From positions 40,339-104,338 of the forward strand of contig JAIXZY010000077.1 in assembly GCA_027489355.1 (NCBI GenBank): DNA of 64,000 bases, given 5' to 3'. The notes beneath the pieces are model-generated. The model searched no databases and was not told where the DNA came from. It worked only from the letters and a program-made list of their open reading frames with translations. How positions within the stretch are numbered: position 1 is the stretch's first letter; each line of letters opens with the position of its first letter. The DNA is from Paracoccaceae bacterium. GTDB taxonomy: Bacteria; Pseudomonadota; Alphaproteobacteria; Rhodobacterales; Rhodobacteraceae. Below, piece by piece: positions 1 through 8,803 of this stretch. A program made the translations under genes and the position numbers.

Positions 1-552
1 GAGGCCGAGGAACGACCCGGTGCCGATGAAGATGAGGAGCGGATCGGAGAAGGTGACGATGGTGCCTTCGGTGATCAGCTGGGCGAGGCCCCGGCCCGCG
101 ACCATCAGGACGAGGGTTGCGATGATTGGCTGGATTTCCAGGACGGTGACGAGGATGCCGTTCCAGAGACCGCAGAGGAGGCCGGTGGCGAGGGCGGCAA
201 GGACGGCGGTGGGCGCGGGGATGCCGTTGGTGACAAGGGTGGCGGCGGTGGCCCCGGAGATCGCCATGACGGCACCGACGGACAGGTCCACGCCCTTGGT
301 GGCGATGACCATCGTCATGCCGATGGCGAGGATGGCGACGGGGGCGCCTCGGTTGAGGACGTCGATGAGGCTGCCGAAGAATCGGCCGTCCTGCCAGGTG
401 ATGGTGAAGAAGCCGGGGAAAAGCGCCCAGTTGACCAGAAGCACGGCGACCAGCGCGATGACCTGGGGTTTGGTCAGGAAGCTGGTGATCGGGCGCTGCC
501 TGGGGAGCGGCGGTTGCGTCGTGGGGCGCAGGTCGACGGTGGGGCGGGTCAC
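1..552 (-). CDS. ytfT: Sugar ABC transporter permease, YtfT-like (runs off the left edge)
   Basis: Not in the ORF track; manual translation from GTG at 552: ...LVNWALFPGFFTITWQDGRFFGSLIDVLNRGAPVAILAIGMTMVIATKGVDLSVG; start overlaps the ytfR stop (GTGA). Confidence 0.85.
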   Translation of the reverse strand, partial: MTRPTVDLRPTTQPPLPRQRPITSFLTKPQVIALVAVLLVNWALFPGFFTITWQDGRFFGSLIDVLNRGAPVAILAIGMTMVIATKGVDLSVGAVMAISGATAATLVTNGIPAPTAVLAALATGLLCGLWNGILVTVLEIQPIIATLVLMVAGRGLAQLITEGTIVTFSDPLLIFIGTGSFLGL

Positions 553-2066
553 GGGCGGGCCTCTTTTGCGGTCCCGGCGATGGCCTGGACGATGGCGTCG
601 GGGGCGATGGTGTCGCCGTCCAGTTCCGCCACCATCTCGCGGTCGCGCATGACGACGATGCGGTTGGAATAGGCGACGACCTCGTCAAGCTCGGAGGAGA
701 TGACGAAGAGGGCGAGGCCTTCTTCGCGCAACCGGTTGATGGTGCGGACGATTTCCGCGTGCGCGCCAACGTCGATGCCGCGGGTGGGCTCATCGAGGAT
801 GAGGAAGGTCGGGTCGATGGCCAGCCAGCGGGCGAGGATGACCTTCTGCTGGTTTCCGCCGGACAGGAGTTTGACCGGCATGTCATGGTCGGCGGCGCGG
901 ATGTCGAGGGCCTCGGCATAGCGGCCGGCGAGTTCCACCTGGTCCTCGCGGTTCAGGGCCTTGAACCAGCCGAGCTTGGCCTGGAGCGCGATGATGATGT
1001 TCTCGCGGACGGAGAGGTCGCCGAAGATGCCGTCGAGCTTGCGGTCCTCGGGGCAGAAGCCGAAGCCCGCGGCGACGGCCTGGGCGGGGTTGCGGATGGT
1101 GACGGGCTGGCCGTCGACGGTGATCTGGCCAGTGTCGGAGCCGTCGACGCCGAACATCAGGCGGGCGACTTCGGTGCGGCCGGAGCCGAGGAGACCCGCG
1201 ACGCCGACCACTTCGCCTTCGTGGACGGAGAGGTCGAAGGGGGTGAGGCCCTTGCGGCTGAGGTTCTGGAAGGCGACGCGGACCTGGCCCTTGGGACCGC
1301 CGGACAGGGCGGTGGGGTGGTGGTCGAAGGCGACGTCCTTGCCCAGCATCATGCGGACGACATCGGTGGTGTTGAGAGTGTTGAGGGGTTGGCTTGCGAC
1401 CTTGCGGCCGTTCCTGAGGATGGTCACGCGGTCGGCGAGATCGAAGACCTGGTCGAGGAAATGGGTGATGAAGATGATGGCAAGGCCCTTGGCCTTCAGG
1501 CCGCGGACGACGTCGAAGAGGCGCTGCACCTCGTTCCGGTCAAGGCTGGCGGTGGGTTCGTCCAGGACCAAGACCTTGCCGGAAAGCTCCACGGCGCGGG
1601 CGATGGCGACGATCTGCTGGACGGCGACGGAGTATTCGGACAGCTCGGCGCGGACGTCGATGTCGAGGCCGTAGCGGGAGAGGAGGTCCTTCGCGGCGGC
1701 GTCGATGCGTTTGCGGTCGACCATGCCGAAGCGGGTGGGCTGGCGGCCGAGGAAGAGGTTCTCGGCGACCGAGCGGTTGGGGAGGAGGTTGACCTCTTGG
1801 TACACCGTGCCGATCCCGTAGGTCTGGCCGTGCAGGGGGTCGCGGAGCGTGATGGGCTGGCCGTCAAGGAGAAGCTCGCCGCCGTCGGGCTGGTAGGCGC
1901 CGGTCAGGATCTTGATCAACGTGGATTTCCCCGCGCCGTTTTCGCCGAGGAGGGCGTGGACTTCCCCGGCGTTGGCGGTGAAATCCACCGTATCAAGCGC
2001 CCGGTGCTGGCCGAAGATCTTCACGATCCCGCGCGCCTCGAGGACTGGCTTTGGTTCTGTCATCAT
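549..2066 (-). CDS. ytfR: Sugar ABC transporter ATP-binding protein with two ABC domains, YtfR-like
   Basis: GENGAGKST Walker A, LSGGNQQK signature, [11 protein letters not shown]; start moved to MMTEPK after GGAGG. Confidence 0.88.
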   Translation of the reverse strand: MMTEPKPVLEARGIVKIFGQHRALDTVDFTANAGEVHALLGENGAGKSTLIKILTGAYQPDGGELLLDGQPITLRDPLHGQTYGIGTVYQEVNLLPNRSVAENLFLGRQPTRFGMVDRKRIDAAAKDLLSRYGLDIDVRAELSEYSVAVQQIVAIARAVELSGKVLVLDEPTASLDRNEVQRLFDVVRGLKAKGLAIIFITHFLDQVFDLADRVTILRNGRKVASQPLNTLNTTDVVRMMLGKDVAFDHHPTALSGGPKGQVRVAFQNLSRKGLTPFDLSVHEGEVVGVAGLLGSGRTEVARLMFGVDGSDTGQITVDGQPVTIRNPAQAVAAGFGFCPEDRKLDGIFGDLSVRENIIIALQAKLGWFKALNREDQVELAGRYAEALDIRAADHDMPVKLLSGGNQQKVILARWLAIDPTFLILDEPTRGIDVGAHAEIVRTINRLREEGLALFVISSELDEVVAYSNRIVVMRDREMVAELDGDTIAPDAIVQAIAGTAKEARP

Positions 2067-2113
2067 CGTCCCTCCCCCGCAAACTGTCCGCCGAACGGGC
2101 GGATAAAGCAATT

Positions 2114-2148
2114 CCGCCGGGCGAAGCCCCTCAGACTTCGCCCGGCGG
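2114..2148. terminator. Perfect 13-bp stem-loop between the substrate-binding gene and the ATPase gene
   Basis: CCGCCGGGCGAAG (2114-2126) / CTTCGCCCGGCGG (2136-2148), no U-tract. Confidence 0.6.
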
Positions 2149-2165
2149 CGCCTTGGCGAGGAAAC

Positions 2166-3137
2166 CTAGTAGCCAAGGCCTTTGCGGCGGTCGTATTCGC
2201 CCTGCGGGTCGTCAGCGGGCGTATACAGTTTCGACTCTGTGATGATGAACTTCTCGGGCGCGGTGCCTGCGTCCCAGTAGGCTTGCAGCGCGTCGAAGGC
2301 GGGGCCGGCCATGTTGGGGGTCAGTTCCACGGTGGCGTTGGCTTCACCCGCGACCATCGCGGCGAAGATGTCCGGAACCGCGTCGATGGAGACGACGAGG
2401 ATGTCCGACCCAGGCTTCAGGCCCGCGTCCTTGATCGCCTGGATCGCGCCGACGGCCATGTCGTCGTTGTGGGCATAGACCGCGCAGATGTTCTTGCCGC
2501 CGTCTTCGGCCTTGATGAAGCCTTCCATCACTTCCTTGCCCTTGGACCGGGTGAAGTCGCCGGTCTGGCTCCGGGTGATGGTCAGGTTCGCCTTGCCGGC
2601 GATGGCTTCCTCGAACCCCTGCTTGCGGTTGATCGCGGGCGAGGAGCCGACCGTGCCCTGAAGCTCGACGATGTTGCAGGGCTTGTCGCCGACTGTGGTG
2701 GCGAGGAATTCACCGGCGACGCGGCCTTCCTTGACCTGGTCGGAGGCGACGGAGGTGAGATACAGGTCCTCGGGGCCTTCGATGCCACGGTCCAGAAGGA
2801 CGACGGGGATGTTGGCTTCCTTGGCCTCGGTCAGGACTTCCTCCCAGCCCGTTGCCACCACAGGGGCCACAAGGATCGCGTCGACGCCCTGGGCAATGAA
2901 GCCGCGGATCGCCTTGATCTGGTTTTCCTGCTTCTGCTGCGCGTCGGCGAATTTGAGGTCGATGCCACGGGCTTCGGCCTCGGCCTTGGTGACACTGGTC
3001 TCGGCGGCGCGCCAGCCGGATTCGGACCCGATCTGCGAGAAGCCGATGACTTTTCCTTGCAGGCCCTCGGCGTAGGCGGCCGAAAGCAACAAGCCAGCCA
3101 GTCCCGCGCCAAGCGCGAGAGTCTTGATAACGCTCAT
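2166..3137 (-). CDS. ytfQ: Periplasmic sugar-binding protein, YtfQ (galactofuranose/arabinose-binding) family
   Basis: Signal peptide then IGFSQIGSESGWRAAET, DAQQKQENQIKAIRGFIAQGVD, HNDDMAVGAIQAI, SIDAVPD. Confidence 0.88.
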   Translation of the reverse strand: MSVIKTLALGAGLAGLLLSAAYAEGLQGKVIGFSQIGSESGWRAAETSVTKAEAEARGIDLKFADAQQKQENQIKAIRGFIAQGVDAILVAPVVATGWEEVLTEAKEANIPVVLLDRGIEGPEDLYLTSVASDQVKEGRVAGEFLATTVGDKPCNIVELQGTVGSSPAINRKQGFEEAIAGKANLTITRSQTGDFTRSKGKEVMEGFIKAEDGGKNICAVYAHNDDMAVGAIQAIKDAGLKPGSDILVVSIDAVPDIFAAMVAGEANATVELTPNMAGPAFDALQAYWDAGTAPEKFIITESKLYTPADDPQGEYDRRKGLGY

Positions 3138-3327
3138 GATTTCCCTCCCAGTGGAAACTTTGGCCACTCTCCTCGGGTGGCTGGGGGCACGTTAGCAAAA
3201 GTATTACTATATGCAAGAAGTCCGTTCACGGGGCCGTGTGGGGATGCTGCGGCTGCGTGGGTATCGACAGGAAATCGGGTCCTTTCAGGCGGTTCTGGTG
3301 ACGCGGTTCGTGCTGCGACGCAGCGGC

Positions 3328-4344
3328 TTAGGCGGGCGTGAAGTCGAAGCGCATGACGTGGCGGTAGGTTTCGCCGGGATTGAGGCGCGTGGACGGGAAC
3401 TGCGGGTTGTTCGGCGAATCAGGGAAGCGCTGAGTCTCGGCTGCGAAACCGGCGAAGCGGGGGTAGTGCGCGCCCTGTTTCCCCGGCCCGTCGAAATGCG
3501 CGCCGGTGTAAAGCTGCACCCCCGGCTGGTTGGTGGAGAGCCGCATCCGGCGGCCCGAGGCGGGGTCGGTGGCGGTAAGGCAGGGCCGGAGGCCGTCCGC
3601 GCCGAGCGGGGCGGAGAGGCAGAGGTTGTGGTCGAACGCCTTCGGGTCGGGGAGTTGCGCGCCGATGGTCCGCTCTTTCCGGAAGTCGAAGGCGGTGCCT
3701 GCGACGGCGCGGATTTCGCCGGTCGGGATCAGCTGGTCGTCGACGGGGGTGTAATGCGCGGCCTCGATCTGGAGGTGCTGGCCCATGATGTCGCCCGCGC
3801 CCTGTCCGGCGAGGTTGAAGTAGGCGTGGTTCACCAGGTTGACGCTGGTGGGGGCGTCGGTGGTGGCGGTCATTTCGATGGTCAGGGTCTGGCCGTCGAT
3901 CCGGTAGGTGGTTGTGGCGGTGAGCGTGCCAGGGAAGCCCATGTCGCCATCGGGCGAGGTGAGGGCGAAGGTGACGTGGGTGTCGGAGTGGTCGGCAATT
4001 TCCCAGGTCTTGCGGTCAAAGCCCTGCGTGCCGCCGTGGAGGGTCTTTGGCCCCTCGTTCTGGTCAAGCTGGACCGTCTTGCCGTCCAGGGTGAAGCTGC
4101 CCCCGGCGATGCGGTTGCCGTAGCGGCCGCAGGTGGCGCCGAGGTAGGTGCCGTGGGTTTCCCAGTCCTTCGGATTGTCGTGGCCGAGGACGATGTCGGC
4201 CTGGTTGCTCTTGCGGTCGGGAACCCAGAGTTCAGCGAGGCGCGCGCCCCAGGTGAGGAGGACGGCTTTGAGGCCGCCCGCTTCAAGGGTCGCTTGCCGG
4301 ACCTGTTGGCCGTCGATCTGGCCGATGTCGGTGATGCGGGCCAT
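3328..4344 (-). CDS. galM: Aldose 1-epimerase (mutarotase)
   Basis: GATCGRYGNRI, LHGG, VNLVNHAYFNL, FDHNL, FAAETQRFPDSPN; start at MARITDIG. Confidence 0.92.
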   Translation of the reverse strand: MARITDIGQIDGQQVRQATLEAGGLKAVLLTWGARLAELWVPDRKSNQADIVLGHDNPKDWETHGTYLGATCGRYGNRIAGGSFTLDGKTVQLDQNEGPKTLHGGTQGFDRKTWEIADHSDTHVTFALTSPDGDMGFPGTLTATTTYRIDGQTLTIEMTATTDAPTSVNLVNHAYFNLAGQGAGDIMGQHLQIEAAHYTPVDDQLIPTGEIRAVAGTAFDFRKERTIGAQLPDPKAFDHNLCLSAPLGADGLRPCLTATDPASGRRMRLSTNQPGVQLYTGAHFDGPGKQGAHYPRFAGFAAETQRFPDSPNNPQFPSTRLNPGETYRHVMRFDFTPA

Positions 4345-4345
4345 G

Positions 4346-5851
4346 TCAGGCCCAGTCCTGCGGGAGAAGCGCGTCGGGCATGTTCTGGTAGGCCACGGGG
4401 CGCAGCCAGCGGCGGATGGACATGGTGCCGACCGAGGTCGCGCCGAAGTTGGTCGAGGCCGGATAGGGGCCGCCGTGGACCTGGGCGTCGACGACTTCGA
4501 CTCCGGTCGGGAAGCCGTTGGCGAGGACGCGGCCGGCTTTCCGTTCCAGGACAGGCATGAGGGCCTTGGCAAGCTCCATGTCGGCGGCGTCGAGGTGGAG
4601 GGTGCAGGTGAGCTGGCCTTGCAGGCTGCGAGCGATCTCCTGCATTTCCGCCGCGTGGCGGACGCGGACAATCAGGCCGAGGGGGCCGAAGACTTCCTCG
4701 GCCAGCGCGTGGTTTGACAGCCAGTCCTGGCCCGAGACTTCGAAGAGGTAGGGGGTGGCATTCCTCAGGTCGCAGGTGGTGGTGAGGACGGAGCGGACTC
4801 CGGCGCCTTGCGCCACGCGGTCGCGGCCCTGGCGATAGGCCTCGGCGATGCCGTCGGTGAGCATGGTCTGCGGGCCGACGGCGGAGACGGCTGCTTTTGC
4901 GGCTGTGACGAAGGCGTCGGCTTCCGGGCCGTCGATCAGCACGGCGATGCCGGGGTTGGTGCAGAACTGGCCTGCGCCAAGGGTGAGGGATCCGGCCCAG
5001 CCTTTGGCGATGGCCTCACCGCGAGCGGCAAGGGCGGCGGGGAGGAGGAACATGGGGTTCACGGAGCCGAGTTCGCCGAAGAAGGGGATCGGCTCGGGGC
5101 GAGCGGCGCAGAGGTTGAAAAGCGCGCGGCCCCCGGCGAGCGATCCGGTGAAGCCGACGGCCTTGATGTGGGGGTTCTGGACGAGGGCTTCGCCGACGTC
5201 ACGCTTGCCGCCCTGGACGAGGGAGAAGGTGCCGGGGGGCATGTCGCAGGCCTGGATGGCGGCGTGGATGGCTTGCGCCACGATCTCGCCGGTGCCGGGG
5301 TGGGCGGAGTGGCCTTTGACCACGACCGGGCAACCGGCGGCGAGGGCGGAGGCGGTGTCGCCCCCGGCGGTGGAGAAGGCGAGGGGGAAGTTCGACGCGC
5401 CGAAGACGGCGACGGGGCCGATTGGGCGCTGGATGAGTTTCAGGTCGGGGCGCGGGGCGGGCTGGCGGTCGGGGAGCGCGGCGTCGTGGCGGCGGTCGAG
5501 CCAGTCGTCTTTCAGGATGTGGGTCGCGAAGAGCCTGAGTTGCATGGTGGTGCGGCCGCGCTCGCCTTCCAGCCGGGCGGCGGGGAGGCCGGTTTCCTGG
5601 GTACCGATCTCCGTGATCTCGGCCCCGCGGGCTTCGATCTCGTCGGCGATGCGGTTCAGGAAGGCGGCGCGGTCCTTGCGGGACTTGGCGGAATAGGCGG
5701 GGAAGGCGACCTCGGCGGCGTCACAGGCCCTTGCGACATGGGCGGGGGTGCCGACGGAGAAGGGGTGCGAGGGGCCGTGGGCGGGGGAGGAGGCGAAAGT
5801 CTGGTCGTTCCCGATCCAGTCGCCCGCGATCAGGTGTTTTCCGGTCAGCAT
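4346..5851 (-). CDS. NADP-dependent aldehyde dehydrogenase, alpha-ketoglutaric semialdehyde dehydrogenase type
   Basis: VFGASNFPLAFSTAGGDTASALAAGCPVVVKGH, GELGS, GQFCTNPG, EEVFGP, HGGPYPAS. Confidence 0.88.
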   Translation of the reverse strand: MLTGKHLIAGDWIGNDQTFASSPAHGPSHPFSVGTPAHVARACDAAEVAFPAYSAKSRKDRAAFLNRIADEIEARGAEITEIGTQETGLPAARLEGERGRTTMQLRLFATHILKDDWLDRRHDAALPDRQPAPRPDLKLIQRPIGPVAVFGASNFPLAFSTAGGDTASALAAGCPVVVKGHSAHPGTGEIVAQAIHAAIQACDMPPGTFSLVQGGKRDVGEALVQNPHIKAVGFTGSLAGGRALFNLCAARPEPIPFFGELGSVNPMFLLPAALAARGEAIAKGWAGSLTLGAGQFCTNPGIAVLIDGPEADAFVTAAKAAVSAVGPQTMLTDGIAEAYRQGRDRVAQGAGVRSVLTTTCDLRNATPYLFEVSGQDWLSNHALAEEVFGPLGLIVRVRHAAEMQEIARSLQGQLTCTLHLDAADMELAKALMPVLERKAGRVLANGFPTGVEVVDAQVHGGPYPASTNFGATSVGTMSIRRWLRPVAYQNMPDALLPQDWA

Positions 5852-5863
5852 CTGGTGTCTCCT

Positions 5864-6784
5864 TCAGAAGTCGAAAGCGTCGGTGGTGCGGCGTTCGCCC
5901 AAGGTGAGGGCGTCGGCGACGTGGACCATGGGGGCGAGGTCGACGTCGGATTGGCCTTGGCGAACGAGGTCGGCCATCCGCGCGTAGAGGGCGGGGTATT
6001 CGCCCATGATGGTGTTTTCGCCCGCCTTCGGGGTTCCGTCGATTTCCAGCACGTTGCCGCCCACGCGCAGCGCGAGGCTTCCCCGGTCGGTCTGGATGTC
6101 GATGTCCCAGGTCTGGGGGCCCTCCTGGCGCCAGTCGAAGTCGGCGGTGACGTTGCCGGAGAAGGCGAGTTGGGCCGCGATGGGGGTCTGGCGGTTGGCC
6201 GGGAATTCGAGGGTGGCTTTGGTCAGGTGGACGGGTTTGGGCAGGATTTCGGTGAGGATGGAGAGGGCATTGATGCCGGGATCGAAGACGCCCATTCCGC
6301 CGGGCTGGAAGACCCAGTCCTGGCCGGGGTGCCATTTGCGGACGTCCTCGCGCCAGGTGATGTGGGCTTTCTGGATCGTTTTGTCCTTGAGCCAGGCTTT
6401 CGCAGGGGCGACGGCGTGGGCCATGCGGCTGTGCCAGGTGGCGAAGAGGGTGAGGCCCTTGGACTTGGCAAGGGCTTCCAGCGCGTGGACCTCGGCGAGT
6501 GTCGCGCCCGGCGGTTTCTCCAGCATGACGTGGCGGCCGGCCAGGAGTGCGGCCTCGGCATAGGCGTAGCGGGGGACGGGGGGCATGCAAAGCGAGACGA
6601 CGGGGATGTCGGGGCGCTCGGCCAGGAAGATGGCGAAGTCGGTGTAGCCGGGGACGCCGTCGACCTTGCCGCTGCGGGAGATGGTGGCGGCGAGTTCGAA
6701 GTCGGGGGAGGCGTTGAGGGCCGGGACGTGCTGGTCGAGGGCGATCTTGCCGATGCCGACGAGGGCGACTTTGGTGCGGGTCAT
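5864..6784 (-). CDS. Gfo/Idh/MocA oxidoreductase, L-arabinose/D-galactose 1-dehydrogenase type
   Basis: ALVGIGKIALDQH, LEKPP, WREDVRKWHPGQDW, FDPGINALS; cluster context. Confidence 0.85.
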   Translation of the reverse strand: MTRTKVALVGIGKIALDQHVPALNASPDFELAATISRSGKVDGVPGYTDFAIFLAERPDIPVVSLCMPPVPRYAYAEAALLAGRHVMLEKPPGATLAEVHALEALAKSKGLTLFATWHSRMAHAVAPAKAWLKDKTIQKAHITWREDVRKWHPGQDWVFQPGGMGVFDPGINALSILTEILPKPVHLTKATLEFPANRQTPIAAQLAFSGNVTADFDWRQEGPQTWDIDIQTDRGSLALRVGGNVLEIDGTPKAGENTIMGEYPALYARMADLVRQGQSDVDLAPMVHVADALTLGERRTTDAFDF

Positions 6785-6827
6785 GGGGTCGCCTTTCCTC
6801 TGGCGGTGGGTCTGGATTTCGGGCGCT

Positions 6828-6865
6828 GCCCCCTCACCCTGGCCCTCTCCCCCGAGGGGAGAGGG
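6828..6865. repeat. REP-like palindrome, family A, copy 1
   Basis: GCCCCCTCACCCTGG-CCCTCTCCCC-CGA-GGGGAGAGGG; near-identical copy at 41508-41544. Confidence 0.85.
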
Positions 6866-6960
6866 AAGTGCCCGGTCGCAGCGTCAGTCAGCAAGGGAAG
6901 CGGGGCGCGGGGCATGGGGTGGACTCTTGTTCGGGCGTCGCGAGTGGAGATGGCGGGGTG

Positions 6961-7000
6961 CCCACCTCCCCATCCCTCCCCCACGGTGGCGGGAGGGAGG
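6961..7000. repeat. REP-like palindrome, family A variant
   Basis: CCCACCTCCCCA-TCCCTCCC-CCACGGTGGC-GGGAGGGA-GG; same leader-plus-hairpin layout as 6828-6865. Confidence 0.6.
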
Positions 7001-7047
7001 TTCTTGGGCGCAGCGTCGATCCCGGTTTGGGGGTGCTGCGCGTGTCG

Positions 7048-8793
7048 TCAGTGGCTTTCGCGGGCCACCGCATTGCCGCGGCAGCCGACGAGGAAGTCCA
7101 TGTCCGCGCCCTTGTCGGCGCCCTGGACATGGTCGTGGTAAAGCTTCGCATAGCCCGAGCCCGGCGGTTCGACGGCGGGTTTCCAGGCGGCGAGGCGGGC
7201 TTTCAACTCCTCGTCCGGGATGTCGAGGTGGATGCGGCGGTTGGCGACGTCCAGTTCGATGAAATCACCGGAGCGGACCACGGCCAGGGGGCCACCGCGC
7301 GCGGCCTCGGGGCTGGTGTGCAGTACCACCGTGCCATAGGCGGTGCCGGACATGCGGGCGTCCGAGATGCGGACCATGTCGGTGATGCCCTTGCGCAGGA
7401 CCTTGGGCGGGAGGCCCATGTTGCCGACCTCGGCCATCCCCGGGTAGCCACGCGGGCCGCAGTTCTTCAGGACCATGACGCAGGACTCATCAATATCCAG
7501 CGCCTCGTCGTTGATCCGGGCCTTGTAGTCATCGATGTCCTCGAACACCACCGCGCGGCCCCGGTGCTGCATCAGGTGGGGGCTGGCGGCCGAGGGTTTC
7601 AGGACCGCGCCGTCGGGGGCGAGGTTGCCCCTGACCACCACGATCCCGCCCGATTGGGTCAGGGCCTTCTCGGTGGGCAGGATCACGTCGTCGTTGTGCG
7701 ACTTGACGTCCTTGACCTCATCCCAGATCGCGCCGCCCGAGACGGTGAGGGCGTCCTTGTTCAGAAGCCCCGCCTCGCCCAGGCGCTTGATCACGGCGGG
7801 GATGCCGCCGGCGTAGAAGAACTCCTCCATCAGGTATTTGCCCGACGGCATCAGGTTGACGATCGTCGGCACGTCCTTGCCCCAGGCGTCCCAGTCGTTG
7901 AGCGTGAGGTCGATGCCACAGCGGCCCGCGATGGCGAGGAGGTGGATCACCGCGTTGGTCGACCCGCCGATGGCGGCGTTGGTGCGGATCGCGTTCTGGA
8001 AGGCCTCACGGGTGAGGATGTCGGAGGGTTTCAGGTCGTCCTTGACCATCTGCACGATGCGGCGCCCGGTCAGGTGCGCCATGACGCGGCGGCGGCTGTC
8101 GACGGCGGGGATCGCGGCGTTGCCGGAGAGGGTCATGCCCAGCGCCTCGGCCATCGAGGCCATCGTGGACGCCGTGCCCATCGTGTTGCAGGAACCGGGG
8201 GAGCGGGACATCGAGGCCTCGGCCTCGACGAATTCCTCGGCGGTCATTTCACCGGCCTTCACGGCTTCGGAGAACTTCCAGAGGTGGGTGCCCGAGCCGA
8301 CGCGTTCGCCCTTGTAGTAGCCGTTCAGCATCGGGCCGCCCGAGACCATGATCGTGGGCAGGTCGACCGAGGCTGCGCCCATCAGGAGCGAGGGCGTGGT
8401 CTTGTCGCAGCCGACGATGCAGACGACGCCGTCCATCTGCTGGCCGCGGATGGTTTCCTCGACCGCCATTGCGGCGAGGTTGCGGAACATCATCGCGGTG
8501 GGACGAAAGCCGGATTCGGAAACGGAGAAGACGGGGACGATGACGGGGAAGCCGCCCGCCTCATACACGCCGTGCTTGACGCGTTCGGCCAGGTCGCGGG
8601 AATGGGCGTTGCAGGGGTTGAGTTCGGAGAAGGTGTCGAGGATGCCGATCACCGGGCGTCCGTCGAAGAGGTCGGCGGGGAGGCCCTGGTTCTTCATCCA
8701 GGAGCGGTGGTAGATCGCGTCCTTCGAAGTACCGGCGAACCATTCCTGGCTGCGAAGCTTGCGGGGCCAGGGGGCGGGTTTGAACTTGGTCAT
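7048..8793 (-). CDS. IlvD/Edd-family sugar-acid dehydratase, L-arabinonate dehydratase type
   Basis: SELNPCNAH, GCDKTTP, GSCNTMGTASTM, GGSTNAVIHL, PGMAEVGNM, ISDARMSGT. Confidence 0.9.
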   Translation of the reverse strand: MTKFKPAPWPRKLRSQEWFAGTSKDAIYHRSWMKNQGLPADLFDGRPVIGILDTFSELNPCNAHSRDLAERVKHGVYEAGGFPVIVPVFSVSESGFRPTAMMFRNLAAMAVEETIRGQQMDGVVCIVGCDKTTPSLLMGAASVDLPTIMVSGGPMLNGYYKGERVGSGTHLWKFSEAVKAGEMTAEEFVEAEASMSRSPGSCNTMGTASTMASMAEALGMTLSGNAAIPAVDSRRRVMAHLTGRRIVQMVKDDLKPSDILTREAFQNAIRTNAAIGGSTNAVIHLLAIAGRCGIDLTLNDWDAWGKDVPTIVNLMPSGKYLMEEFFYAGGIPAVIKRLGEAGLLNKDALTVSGGAIWDEVKDVKSHNDDVILPTEKALTQSGGIVVVRGNLAPDGAVLKPSAASPHLMQHRGRAVVFEDIDDYKARINDEALDIDESCVMVLKNCGPRGYPGMAEVGNMGLPPKVLRKGITDMVRISDARMSGTAYGTVVLHTSPEAARGGPLAVVRSGDFIELDVANRRIHLDIPDEELKARLAAWKPAVEPPGSGYAKLYHDHVQGADKGADMDFLVGCRGNAVARESH

Positions 8794-8803
8794 GGCTGGC
8801 CTC

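Noticed and set aside
759-3341. Very long ORFs in the track opposite real genes (for example 759-3341, 4808-7141, 6868-8922, 10423-12579, 21257-23230, 47707-50301)
   Set aside because: Antisense or off-frame shadows typical of high-GC DNA; no recognisable motifs, and each overlaps well-supported genes
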